The translations under genes and the position numbers were made by a program. A DNA stretch of 64,000 nucleotides from Paraphysomonas bandaiensis (taxonomy: Eukaryota; Protista; Chrysophyceae), in assembly GCA_965644295.1 (NCBI GenBank), contig CBFFRP010000043.1:30516-94515 (forward strand), written 5' to 3'. Position 1 is the stretch's first letter. Every line of letters starts with the position of its first letter. Below, piece by piece: positions 51,118 to 63,800 of this stretch. The notes under the pieces are model-generated. The model saw nothing but the letters and a program-made list of their open reading frames with translations, did no database searches and was not told the DNA's origin.

Positions 51118-52926
51118 TCATTTCAAAACATGGACATTGGACATTGAACATGGAGGGTCCTGTGAATGAAGCCACCTCAGCACATCAAGGTGCCGACGCT
51201 GTGCAGCAGCTCTGAAAGTCCGCCCATCCCATGGACATGGAGGGTCCTGTGAACGAAGCCATTTCAGTACCTTCAAGTGACCACCCTCTGCAGCAAATTT
51301 GCAGGTATATTCATTCCACGGACATGGAGGGTCCTGTGAACGAAGCCATTGAAGAACATCCAAGTTTCCACTTCTTGCAGCAAATTCGCAGGTCTCTTCA
51401 TCCCATGGACATGGAGGGTCCTGTGAACGAAGCCATCTCAGTATATCCCAGTGCCCACGTCTTGCAGCAGCACTGCAAGAATATTCATTCCATGGACATG
51501 GAGGATCCTGTGAACGAAGCCATCTCAGTATATCCCAGTGCCCACGTCTTGCAGCAGCACTGCAAGAATATTCATTCCAGGGACATGGAGGATCCTGTGA
51601 ACGAAGCCACTGCAGAACATCCAAGTGCCCACGTCTTGCAGCAGCACTGCAAGAATATTTATTCCATGGACATTGAGGGTCTTGTGAACGAAGCCACTGC
51701 AGAACATCCAAGTGCCCACCTCTTGCAGCAGTTTCGCAAGTAACACAACTCCATGAACATGGAGGTTCCTGTAAACGAAGCCATCGAAGAACATCCAAGT
51801 GCCCACCTCTTGCAGCAGTACTGCAAGTCCGGTCATTCCAAGGACATGGAGGGTCCTGTGAACGAAGCCATCTAAGAACATCCAGGTGCCCACCTCTTGC
51901 AGCAGTACTGCAAGTCCGGTCATTCCAAGGACATGGAGGGTCCAGTGAACGAAGCCACTTCAGAACATCCAAGTGTCCACCCATTGCAGCAACTTCACAA
52001 CTATATACATTCCACGGACATGGAGGGTCCTGTAAACGAAGCCATCGAAGCACATCCAAGTGTCCACCCTCTGCAGCAGCACTGCAAGAATATTCATTCC
52101 ATGGACATGGAGGGTCCTGTGAACGAAGCCATCTAAGAACATCCAAGTGTCCACCTTTTGCAGCAGCACTGCAAGAATAATCATTCCATGGACATGGAGG
52201 GTCCTGTGAACGAAGCCATCGAAGAATATCCAAGTGTCCACCCATTGCAGCGTATTTGCAAGTATATAAACTCCATGAACATGGAGGGTCCTGTGAACGA
52301 AGCCATCTAAGAACATCCAAGTGTCCACCCTGTGCAGCAGTACTACAAGTCTCTTCATCCCATGGACATGGAGGGTCCTGTGAACGAAGCCACTTCAGAA
52401 CATCCAAGTGCCCACCCTCTGCAGCAGTACTACAAGTCTCTTCATCCCATGGACATGGTGGATCCTGTGAGCAAAGCCATCTAAGAACATCCAAGTGTCC
52501 ACCTCTTGCTGCAGCTTTGCAAGTATATACATTCCATGGACATGGAGGGTCCTGTGCATGAAGCCACTGATGTGTATCCAATTCAATAGAAGCATGATCT
52601 GCATTATGTGTATGTGTATATATATGTGTGTGTAAGTATTTCATCTGCTGTAGTCTGCCGTATAGTGCACATGTATTCATTAGTTTGAGGTGAGGGCAGC
52701 CCATAGACAGAGCCCATGAGACCATGGAGTTGGTCATGCAGTAGTGAGATGCATGTGACTCAAGTCTCTCTCTGCTCTTGTCTCTGCTCTTAACTCTCGT
52801 GTTATCAGCCATGTCGTGAAGTCTCTTGCAAGTCATCATCACAGGAAGGAGAGCTGTGTGTGGGATCATAGAGATGATGATACGAATCACGTCATCGTTG
52901 AGATCAGATATACTCAACATACCCAT
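51118..52926 (-). CDS. F-box-like N-terminus plus 16 ankyrin-like 'CPW' repeats (29 aa), paralog B
   Basis: N-terminal ~130 aa nearly identical to paralog A; 16 tandem 87-bp units. Confidence 0.9.
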   Translation of the reverse strand: MGMLSISDLNDDVIRIIISMIPHTALLPVMMTCKRLHDMADNTRVKSRDKSRERLESHASHYCMTNSMVSWALSMGCPHLKLMNTCALYGRLQQMKYLHTHIYTHTHNADHASIELDTHQWLHAQDPPCPWNVYTCKAAARGGHLDVLRWLCSQDPPCPWDEETCSTAAEGGHLDVLKWLRSQDPPCPWDEETCSTAAQGGHLDVLRWLRSQDPPCSWSLYTCKYAAMGGHLDILRWLRSQDPPCPWNDYSCSAAAKGGHLDVLRWLRSQDPPCPWNEYSCSAAAEGGHLDVLRWLRLQDPPCPWNVYSCEVAAMGGHLDVLKWLRSLDPPCPWNDRTCSTAARGGHLDVLRWLRSQDPPCPWNDRTCSTAARGGHLDVLRWLRLQEPPCSWSCVTCETAARGGHLDVLQWLRSQDPQCPWNKYSCSAAARRGHLDVLQWLRSQDPPCPWNEYSCSAAARRGHWDILRWLRSQDPPCPWNEYSCSAAARRGHWDILRWLRSQDPPCPWDEETCEFAARSGNLDVLQWLRSQDPPCPWNEYTCKFAAEGGHLKVLKWLRSQDPPCPWDGRTFRAAAQRRHLDVLRWLHSQDPPCSMSNVHVLK

Positions 52927-55900
52927 ACTGATGATATGATGAGGTTACGTGAGGCTGATGGAGTGTGTATACATACACAGCAGATGACAGTCAGATGCAT
53001 GCGACTCTTATCTGCCAGGGTGCGAAGTACTGGGGACAGCACATGTACAGAGTGTGTGAAGCATCAGTTTTTGGGATTATAGAAACTACTCTGTGAAAAA
53101 GAAAATCGCCACTTTTCTATGCAATACAGAGTAGATGCCTTGTTCGAAAAATACATTTTTTTGGGAAAGATGCCACTTTTGTAGTTGTAAAAATACCGTT
53201 TTGTTGGAGCCCGCACTCACTGTACGTACGAGTACAATCTACAATCGTAAGCAGCGGCCGCACAGCAGGTGCGCCCATGGAGTGATCCAATTGGTTGCTT
53301 TGATTTTAGTATGATTGGCTGTGCAGATATGACACGACAGCCATATGCGTCCCCAGCACATACACATTGAGAGCTTCAATGCCAGGTGAGAACATGCTCC
53401 TATCATCTTGTTTCATGAACTGTGAGATATTCAGTTACTGGACGAGGTTCACTGTATAAGGCTGTATATAGAGTAACGGTAAAGGGCTGTATATTATGGT
53501 ATGATATGGATAGAGTGGTGTACGGTATGGTGCTGTATGATGTTGTGGGATGATATATGCATGATTTATACTATCGATATACAAGATGCTGCACGATGCT
53601 GTGGATTAATAATATATGTCACTGTTGGGGCCTCACTTTGCCTGGATTCATTTGATAGGCTAGATGCCTAATGCAGGAATGTCATACACTGGAGCGATAC
53701 TTATGACGGACAACTATATGCAGTAAACATACATGAATGAATATTTGAATGCCAGGAAATTGCATGCTCCCATCATCTTTTTTAAAGTGTCAGAAATGTA
53801 GACAGATGACCAGTGGTGCGGGTGAAGGAATAGAATGCTGTATATCATGATATGATATGTACTGGATGACATACACTATGATGGATGTACTATGTTATTT
53901 GATGGTATATGATTTGATTGCACATGGTATGAGATGCTGAACGCTGTGATGGTTTATACTTCCCAGTGCAAGAGGGATGCCACAAGCGCCCGCTTGCCGC
54001 TGTTCCTTCTTGTGTGTTGATTATATATAATGCTATATTGTATGATATGTTTAATTCATTTGAAGTGAAGATGTACCATGTTGTGTAATGATATACAGTA
54101 TGGCTGTATGTGATAAAAAATCTGAAAGGTGTGTAATATAATATAATATTGGTTAATGCTAAGCTGTACGAAAGAAATGGCTGCATGATATGGCTGTATA
54201 TGATATAATACTGAACACTATGGTGGCTAATTATGCTGTTGTACGCTCTGTTAAGCGGGCTTCAGGGTACGGTACCTTCGACATTTTACAGATAGAGTGC
54301 AATATACAGTACAACATACCGCTGTACATATAGCAGAGTATCTCTTCGATCACAGTTGCTACAAAGAGATTCAGAAAGATACGAATATGAGTCATTCCCG
54401 AAAACAAGAGGAAGATCTGTTTCTTCTACACTCTATGCCATGACTCGTCTATAGTCTGGTTGGGTGATGATAGCTGTATATGAACAAACTACCATACTAT
54501 ATATGTACTAGTATATATATCAGATCAGATGATATCATAATGAATACTACTGATACTAATTAATACGTCATATATATTAGTTCCTTGAGATGAACACTAG
54601 AGTGATTTTTTTTTATGAGCATTCTTACGTATTATTAGAGGGTCTTGCAAATGATATTGACTAGTACTTGATATATATGCTATAAAGAATAAGTGTTTCT
54701 ATATATAGCGTATCTTCTCTATTCTCCGAAGTCACTCTAAAAACTGTTCATGCAACTCTACATCTACTTTGTGGCAAAGTTAAAGCTATTAGAGTTGGAA
54801 TATAGTTTCGTGAGCAACAATATACTCGACAATTGAAGTGTCTGCTTCGTGGAGTTTGCAATTATCACTTTTAGTGTTTAATGTACCTCACATTTATACG
54901 CTCTAATAATAGCGATAGTACAACAAATATAACGGCGATAGCAACTTTCATATTATTGTATTATACACACTGCTTACATTTCATATTCTTATTAACATTT
55001 ATTTACATGTTCATTAATAAATCTCTACTACATGCATGGTAATGATATTTGCTCTCGTGTAATGAAAGAGTTCGCTTCCTTTTATTATGCTCATAAGGCA
55101 TCAGGCCGATCCCATGACCTAAAGAAAGCATTGAAAATATACTGATACCAAAAGTCATTGCACGAGTGTTCTTTGAAAAATAAATGCTATTAATGAAGAG
55201 GTTGTAGTATAGACTTGGCAATGCCGGGAGTATTTTGTGTAGGAAAAGGTGTTCTGAAAGACGTCCCTTGGGATTGGTCTCTGCCGGATTTGAGGTAGCG
55301 CAGGGTTCTGAATGAGTAAGTCGAGTGTTCCAAACCTGAAAGAAAAGGGTTGATTAAGACTCCAGCGAGTTGGGCCTGGGGCGAAGGAATAGCCGACGGA
55401 GGCGGAGCCGTGGCTTTTCCGCTGGTGCAACTTCTTAGCTGATTATAACAGAAGTTGACTTTATTTGCTAAGATTTGCTGTTCTCAATTGTATACGATTG
55501 AAAATTATAGCATTACATGATAAAGAACCTAGGTTGTATTCGGTGTGTTCAACACCAATCATTTAAATCATTTACTTTTCTATAATGTACGAACCACACA
55601 CTCAGTAATAGTGTATAGTCACCAACATATACTTCAGTTTCATACTACAATATATAATATACTCTAATTACATATAGATATAACTTTCGATCCTTGCATC
55701 TCACATATAATACAGCACTTTGCAAGCATATATAATCTTCAGATCTCAACAGATTACATTTGTGCAATAAATTCCTATGTAGTTAAGTTTACGTAACAAG
55801 ATCAAACTGTATCTAGCAAGAGGATCACAAATCACTCAAAATTACCTTATCTGTGTTTTAATCTTTCCTGAAGATTGCCTTGCACAGCAAAATCATGTCA

Positions 55901-55978
55901 CACTTGATATGAATACATGAATTTGATGATACGATTATTTTTTATAAAATGTATGACATACATATTTTTACACACTAC

Positions 55979-58081
55979 TTACTGAACTGTTCTGAACTTC
56001 TTTAGATGTGCCAGTAGAAGTACTAAACTACTGTTTACTAAAGGTAGAAAATCGCGCCTTGACAGCTCTAACAAAAACTGTGCATTACATATGGGTGCCG
56101 CATGAGATCCTCCGGTAACTGTGCGGAGAAGAGTTTCAATTACAAGTGCTTCGCCCGCCCAGAGAGTATAATCTGCCGCAGAAGCTTCCTTGAAAATTTT
56201 ACGACAAATGCTAATTGCAACGGAAGGTTCAATGTAGGCCATGACCAAGCACTGTAATATTTGTGCTTGAAAGAGTGCGTTCGACAATTGCTTGGATTCC
56301 TTTACTAGTTGAAGCAGAGAGTCACAATCTCTAAGTGCTTCCCTCATACAAGATTCATTTCTACGCTGAGGGACTATACTATTACGAATTCTGAGAGAGA
56401 GACGGGTGTAGAGGATGGGGGTAGACACACTCGAAGCATTCGGATGCGGAACAAGTTGTTCAGAAAGTGATAATAAGCGATTAAGCCGTTCTTCTCGTTC
56501 CACATCAATATCTGTACTCTGCATCCTCAGTTCAGGTAGTAGATAATGCACAGCGGACAGTCTCTCCCCGCCAGTCATCATCTGGGTGTGAATGTCGATT
56601 AGCCGAGTGCATATGTGTACCAGGAGCTCAGTAGACACCATAACCCCACACTGCCTGAGAGCTCGACGACACGCTAACTCTGCCATCGGCAACATCCCCA
56701 ATCTTTCCCAAAATTCCGCTGCCAAGAGACCAACATGTGCTACCGTGTTGGCGTGAGAGAGAACCCAATCTGTATCATTAGACTCCGATGTGCTAGGAGT
56801 AGACTGCTGTTGATTCTGACGGCTGATGTTAGAGTTGGGCTTGTTTCGAAGTTGAGACATATCCAACAGAGCAGAGGACAGAAGAGTCCAGAGGCAATGA
56901 GGGGGCAGACGATCAACACCACTATAGAGTTCTTCCGCATTTCCTTGCTGACCCTTTGAGGGAAAGGTGTAACCAAGAAATGCGCTTACCGGAGGTCGAA
57001 TAGGGCCACGAGCCCGCTTACGAAACAGAAGCAGAGTAGCTTGAACTTCTAGCGCCCGCATATTGAGCTCCGCACAGCGTTGTATACATCGGATGAGGAC
57101 ATTTTCTGATGACACAGTACCATCCCCTTCCTCATGTTCGTCAGGTTGTTGACCTTCAACTACATGGTGTAGCAGTAATAATGCGCGAGCAACAGATGCA
57201 TGGTCTCCAAGTTGGTGAGCCATCTTCATTCCCTCCTCTGTAGCAATAGTCGCTTGAGTATAATACTCTCCGCGCACCCACATATCAGCTAGACTCAACA
57301 TAGCTTGCTGGTATCTCGCCCGCTGTGCGGGCAGGCCCTGCGACAGCGCCTCCATCCCACCACCCTTGGGAGCGAGGGGGTCCACACCGCTGCTGTCAAA
57401 GTAAGAATGAAGGCTCTCTTTAGCCGGGTGGAGGTCATTCTGCAGTACTGCTCGCTCCGCATTCAGGAGATGGCCACGGGGTTCAACTCTTTTTCCAGAA
57501 TGGCAATTCAATATATCTACATAACACGCATCTTCATTCTGGCCTAGCATAAAAGGAAGAGAATCGCATGCCTTCTTTGTCTCAGTAGGACTTAGTTCAT
57601 AATACAAGTCGTCTATGCAACCCTTAAGAAATCGTGCATACACCTCAAAGAGATACGCGATGTCACCAAACGAGAGTTGTCGCCATTTCACTAATTGCGT
57701 CCGAGCATATAGACCGATAAAACTATCTCCTTGAATTATAGATGGAGCACATGCACCATTTGGATCAGATAAATTGGGATTAGCAAAGAAGTGGCCCATA
57801 GAATCCATTATCTGTATCATATCATCAACTGCTTCAATATTTAACTTTGACCGCAAATCCAAAAGAAACACAGACTGGTCTGAAATATATTTCGATATTA
57901 CTGTAAAATATTCATCAGCAGATTGAAAGCGTCGACAGGAACCCATATCGATAACATCAGCAAAGAAGCATAACAGACCGTGTACATCTTTCTTATCACA
58001 ACTAGAGGATGATCTGCCGGCTTGAATCATAGATGCAATGCTGCACACCACAGCAACATCTGATGGTGTTATGGCGACCAT
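55979..58081 (-). CDS. APC5: Anaphase-promoting complex subunit 5
   Basis: ITPSDVAV, SFIGLYAR...LSFGDI, ESLHSYFD, YQQAMLSLA, EEGMKMAHQLGDHASVARAL match the APC5 signature motifs. Confidence 0.8.
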   Translation of the reverse strand: MVAITPSDVAVVCSIASMIQAGRSSSSCDKKDVHGLLCFFADVIDMGSCRRFQSADEYFTVISKYISDQSVFLLDLRSKLNIEAVDDMIQIMDSMGHFFANPNLSDPNGACAPSIIQGDSFIGLYARTQLVKWRQLSFGDIAYLFEVYARFLKGCIDDLYYELSPTETKKACDSLPFMLGQNEDACYVDILNCHSGKRVEPRGHLLNAERAVLQNDLHPAKESLHSYFDSSGVDPLAPKGGGMEALSQGLPAQRARYQQAMLSLADMWVRGEYYTQATIATEEGMKMAHQLGDHASVARALLLLHHVVEGQQPDEHEEGDGTVSSENVLIRCIQRCAELNMRALEVQATLLLFRKRARGPIRPPVSAFLGYTFPSKGQQGNAEELYSGVDRLPPHCLWTLLSSALLDMSQLRNKPNSNISRQNQQQSTPSTSESNDTDWVLSHANTVAHVGLLAAEFWERLGMLPMAELACRRALRQCGVMVSTELLVHICTRLIDIHTQMMTGGERLSAVHYLLPELRMQSTDIDVEREERLNRLLSLSEQLVPHPNASSVSTPILYTRLSLRIRNSIVPQRRNESCMREALRDCDSLLQLVKESKQLSNALFQAQILQCLVMAYIEPSVAISICRKIFKEASAADYTLWAGEALVIETLLRTVTGGSHAAPICNAQFLLELSRRDFLPLVNSSLVLLLAHLKKFRTVQ

Positions 58082-58177
58082 TCCGTATGATGTGAGTAAC
58101 GGAAAAGGAGAGTTTGATGGTGACTTACTCCTCCACTATTCGAATACAAATGCGATTTACACACACAAACGTCTCGG

Positions 58178-59627
58178 CATACATACATACACACATACAT
58201 ACATACATACATACATACATACATACATACATACATACATACATACATACATACATACATACATACATACATACATACATACATACATACATACATACAT
58301 ACATACATACATACATACATACATACATACATACATACATACATACATACATTCATACATACATACATACATACATACATACATACATACATACATACAT
58401 ACATACATACATACATACATACATACATACATACATACATACATACATACATACATACATACATACATACATACATACATACATACATACATACATACAT
58501 ACATACATACATACATACATACATACATACATACATACATACATACATACATACATACATACATACATACATACATACATACATACATACATACATACAT
58601 ACATACATACATACATACATACATACATACATACATACATACATACATACATACATACATACATACATACATACATACATACATACATACATACATACAT
58701 ACATACATACATACATACATACATACATACATACATACATACATACATACATACATACATACATACATACATACATACATACATACATACATACATACAT
58801 ACATACATACATACATACATACATACATACATACATACATACATACATACATACATACATACATACATACATACATACATACATACATACATACATACAT
58901 ACATACATACATACATACATACATACATACATACATACATACATACATACATGCATACATACATACATACATACATACATACATACATACATACATACAT
59001 ACATACATACATACATACATACATACATACATACATACATACATACATACATACATACATACATACATACATACATACATACATACATACATACATACAT
59101 ACATACATACATACATACATACATACATACATACATACATACATACATACATACATACATACATACATACATACATACATACATACATACATACATACAT
59201 ACATACATACATACATACATACATACATACATACATACATACATACATACATACATACATACATACATACATACATACATACATACATACATACATACAT
59301 ACATGCATACATACATACATACATACATACATACATACATACATACATACATACATACATACATACATACATACATACATACATACATACATACATACAT
59401 ACATACATACATACATACATACATACATACATACATTCATACATACATACATACATACATACATACATACATACATACATACATACATACATACATACAT
59501 ACATACATACATACATACATACATACATACATACATACATACATACATACATACATACATACATACATACATACATACATACATACATACATACATACAT
59601 ACATACATTCATACATACATACATACA
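58178..59627. repeat. (TACA)n microsatellite, ~1450 bp (~360 units)
   Basis: Nearly pure repeat with a few point variants; source of the spurious HTYI/MYVC ORFs. Confidence 0.99.
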
Positions 59628-60461
59628 GCAGGATATGACATCCAATATCTGGATATAAGTATAGAATGATTGTAGAGAGAACGTAGACTCATATAAACGA
59701 ATTAACTATTGTTTTCAATGATCATCAATATATAATGCAGATGTCAGCGATGGTTCATTTGATTGGATTATATAGAAGATGTGTCATTATTCCAAGTAGT
59801 GTTGAATTATTCAGCTTGTTGTGGACAGCACTGCCAAAAACTTAAAAGCACATCACATGTTCTGGTTTGAAAATGCTGCCACTATGACTTAAAATGCTGC
59901 GAACTCAGTACACACTTTCTATGCTGTACACTTTAATTGCTGTTTTGGATGTTTAGCACGAAAGCTGGATTATAGCTTCTATATATACATGATACGTTTA
60001 TACTATCGATATGAGGTGCATGGTGCATGTATGCTACAGTTAGTATTCCGGTTACGACATCATTGTCTTTTGTGTTTTGTTTTTGGCTACTACTCTTTGA
60101 TACCTCTCATACGCCTCGGTTAAGCAGAAACGTTTCTGTGAAACCACGGAGATGCTGTCCGAGGTTATGGCGTTTTGATTTGGATACACTGCAACCTGAA
60201 GCAGATTTTAAAAGTCCCTGTTTTTGTCCATGTTAGCATGATGAGGTCCCTGGTATGCAATCAAATCGATCAAATTATCATTTTGAGCGAATTGAGCAAA
60301 ACTTGAATGATATAGTATACAGGTGTAATCCTCTATATATTATAGTCTTATAATGAACTTGCTTTTAGTGTGGATATTTCACTATCACATTAACTTTTCA
60401 AGTTTCACATCAAATAAGATTTAAGGTTAGTCTTGATATTTAGTAAGAATATACTTGATAT

Positions 60462-60667
60462 TATTAGAGATAAAGATTGAACGATAAGGCCTAATAGTAT
60501 AATAGCAAGACATGTTTGAGCAGAGCGTTAGCACCACACGTGTGCGTATCTTGTACAGTCGCGTATCATGTATAGTTTGGTAATTATTCAGTCTATTTGG
60601 TATTTCATTGTATACGTGTGTTGTATTCACGCGTTAAGAGATATACGTGAATCAATGACTCCTAATA
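60462..60667 (-). repeat. 3' LTR of the Copia element (~206 bp), preceded by the PPT at 60668-60678
   Basis: On minus, PPT ttgagggggag is followed directly by tattaggag... with inverted match ...tctctaata ending at 60462. Confidence 0.65.
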
Positions 60668-60832
60668 CTCCCCCTCAATGAAATAATCATATGACGTATA
60701 CATAGATATATGAATATAGGTGTATATTTTTGGAGATAGTTCTACTGAGGGTAAAACCCACGAGTACAATCACAGATTGTGGATTACACTGATGTCAACA
60801 TACATCATACTCGTGGGAAACTCCGTAGATCT

Positions 60833-63800
60833 CTAAGTCATCCATCGTGGTCTCTTGGTTGAGTTCTCTGCCGGTGGGATAGATACTTTTGTTCTTTTAT
60901 TGCTAGCAGGTATGTTGATACCTCCCCCCTCCATTAGTGAATCCCGCAATCTGTGGAACGTGTTTGATGTGAGGGGTTTAGTTAGAATGTCGGCCAGCAT
61001 CTGGTTTGTAGGCATGTAATCAACAATAATAGAGTGCGATGCGACTTGTTCTCTTATAAAGTGATATCTGATGGCAATATGTTTTGTTCGTCGGTGGTGT
61101 ACGGGGTTTAGGCATAGTTGAATTGCACCTTTGTTGTCACACCATATGGTTGTTGAGTATGGCATGTGGAAGCCCAATTCCGAGAGTAGTGACCGTAGCC
61201 AAATAGCTTCTTGACATGCTGTTGATAGTGCCATGTACTCCGCTTCTGTAGAGGATAGAGCTACAGTTGTCTGGAGTCGTGATTGCCAGGAAATGAGACA
61301 ATTTCCGATAAAGAAGCAAAACGCTGTAGTCGACCTGCGAGTTAAGTTGCAGCGTGCCCAATCACTGTCAGCGAATCCAGTTAAGGTAACAGACTTCCCG
61401 GAGTACTGTAGACCTTGATCGATAGTGCCTTTGAGGTACCTAAGTATGTTTAATGCGGCTTTGCATGTAGTTAGATTTGGATTAGTACTGAAACGAGCAA
61501 GGGTGTTTACAGCATATGCAATATCAGGTCTGGTGCACACAGCAATGTACATAAGTGAACCTATGAGCTCCTTGTAAGGAAAATTTTGGACAAATTCTTG
61601 ATTTTCTTGGGATAGTTGTTTCTTTTCGAGAATGTCTATATGAAAATTTGTTGTCATGGGGTGACTACGTGGCTTGCAATTTTCCATGTTGAATCTGTGG
61701 AGTAGGTTCCGTATGTATTGAGATTGATTTAGTGTCGTAGTTCGATTCTGTATATCCTGTTTGACGAATATGCCGAGGTAGTAATCTAGGAGGCCGAGAT
61801 CATGAATGTCGAATTTTTCAGCTAACGAATTCTTGATTTGGATGATGTCAGTCCTACTTTTACCGGCGATAATGATGTCATCGACGTAAACTGCCAGAAT
61901 TATGGGTCGACCGTTGATTGACTTCGTGAATATGCACGGGTCGGACACTAATCTGGTAAAACCACAGTCTAACAAATAATTAGTACAGCATTTATACCAA
62001 TTTAACCCGGACTGTTTGAGTCCGTATATACTCTTTAGAAGTCTGAGGACTTTACCGTTTGGAACATTGAGACCAGCGGGTGGATACATGTAAATTTCCT
62101 CTTGGAGGTCTGCATTGATGTAAGCAGTGGAGAAATCTACCTGGTGAAGCTCCAACCCAAGTATAGTTGCTAGTGCTATGACTGTTCTCATTGATGTGGC
62201 CTTTGCGACTGGGCTGTAGGTTTCGTTGTAGTCTTTACCCTCGACCTGGGAGAAACCTTGAGCCACTAACCTCGCCTTGAAGGTAACCTCATCTCGCTTG
62301 ACCTTTACCCTAAACACGAATTTTCCCCTTATGATGTTGGAATTTGCTGGTGGTGTCGTTATCCTCCAACAGCCTTTGCTCTCTAGAGACTTGATTTCTT
62401 TGTTGATGGCTTTCAGCCATTGTTCCTTGTACCTGCCTGATAGTGCCTCGCCAACATTGTTAGGTGTGTTAGGTACATCATTGCTACATGTGTCATTTGC
62501 ATGCATAATGATGTCAACATCATTCATGTATAATGTTCTGTAACTATCATGTTTATCAGGTGTTTTGTGGTTGTACAAATATCTTTTATCAACATCACAG
62601 TGGTATATATTGTCACCAAATTTGTGTACATTCATGATTACCCTTTTTCTGGTCTGCCTCTTGCTGTGGAGACTTTTCTTTACGCAACGGCTCACCTTGT
62701 GACGGTGGGGTGTCCTTACACCCGTAATTGTGCCATCCGGGCTTTGCCGGCTCCTGTCACCCTGGGAATTCACAGTCTTGATAGCTCGTTTGACCTTACG
62801 AGCAGGGTAATCACACTTGTTGTCACCCCGTGCCTCCTTCGGCACTGTATTCCGCTGAGCTTCTGCTGTGCGGCGAGGCCTTGCCTCCATTTCATTTGAG
62901 TAGGGTCCTCTCAAATGGCTGTGACTCCCGCCCCGTCGTGTGGCGTCATGACGGCTATCGGTTGAACTACTCCTCCCTGGAGCTATTCCTTCCACGGGGC
63001 ATCCTGGTTCCTCTTGCGGGGGTGATACCGCGTTCTGATAACTAAAGTGCTCGGTGTATCTTTCGATGTCCGCAGCGTGTATTGGATCATTTAACTCGAT
63101 GACCCGCCCTTCATTTTCTCGTGGGGCCAATCCTCTGTAAGCAGCCACGTGGCCTTTGATGACTGTGATTCTTGTCGTGATGTATTGGAGGCCATCCTGT
63201 GGATCTGTGTGGGTCATTCCAACGAGGTATTGGAAGCTCTCGGCTGTTCGATTCTCTGAATTTTCTTCTCTCAGTGATGATTCGATTTCAGCGTAATAGT
63301 TTTCTTTGACGTCGGGGATGCACTCATTGAAAAAGACGTGACTTGAGATTACAAAGTCCTTGAGTGAAGGTACATATATGACGTACCCTGGTCCATCCTC
63401 TCGGTATCCCATGAAGTACCCGATATGGCTGTGTGGAGACCAATCGTTTCTTCTCTGAGACTTGTCTATGAATGTATGGCATTTGCAGCCCCAAATCCTG
63501 GCGTAAGATAAATCGGGGGCCTCGTCGTGGATGAACTGATACGGGGATATGAATCCCTTTGCAGTGGCGCATGGCAGGCGATTTTTCATGTGCGTGACGG
63601 TGGACATGGCCTGTTCCCAGAAGTTGGGTGGTAGGCCCGAGTTGCAAATGGATGCAAGCGTTCTTTCCTTGGTCGTGCGCCATGGTCGTTCTTGAATGGG
63701 GTTGTCTTCAGGCGTGTATGGAGCGTTGAAGGTCCAGGTTGATCCTAATTTTCTCAGCAAGTTCAGTACACGATGTGATACTAGCTCACGGCCACCATCA

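Noticed and set aside
46432-52604. Antisense and alternate-frame ORFs over the ankyrin-like arrays; CRISPR-like look of constant plus variable blocks
   Set aside because: These are shadows of in-frame 87-bp coding repeats. The variable parts are homologous codons, not unique spacers, and no cas genes are present.
58038-59669. Long ORFs of HTYI/MYVC repeats
   Set aside because: Translations of a stop-poor (TACA)n microsatellite, not genes.
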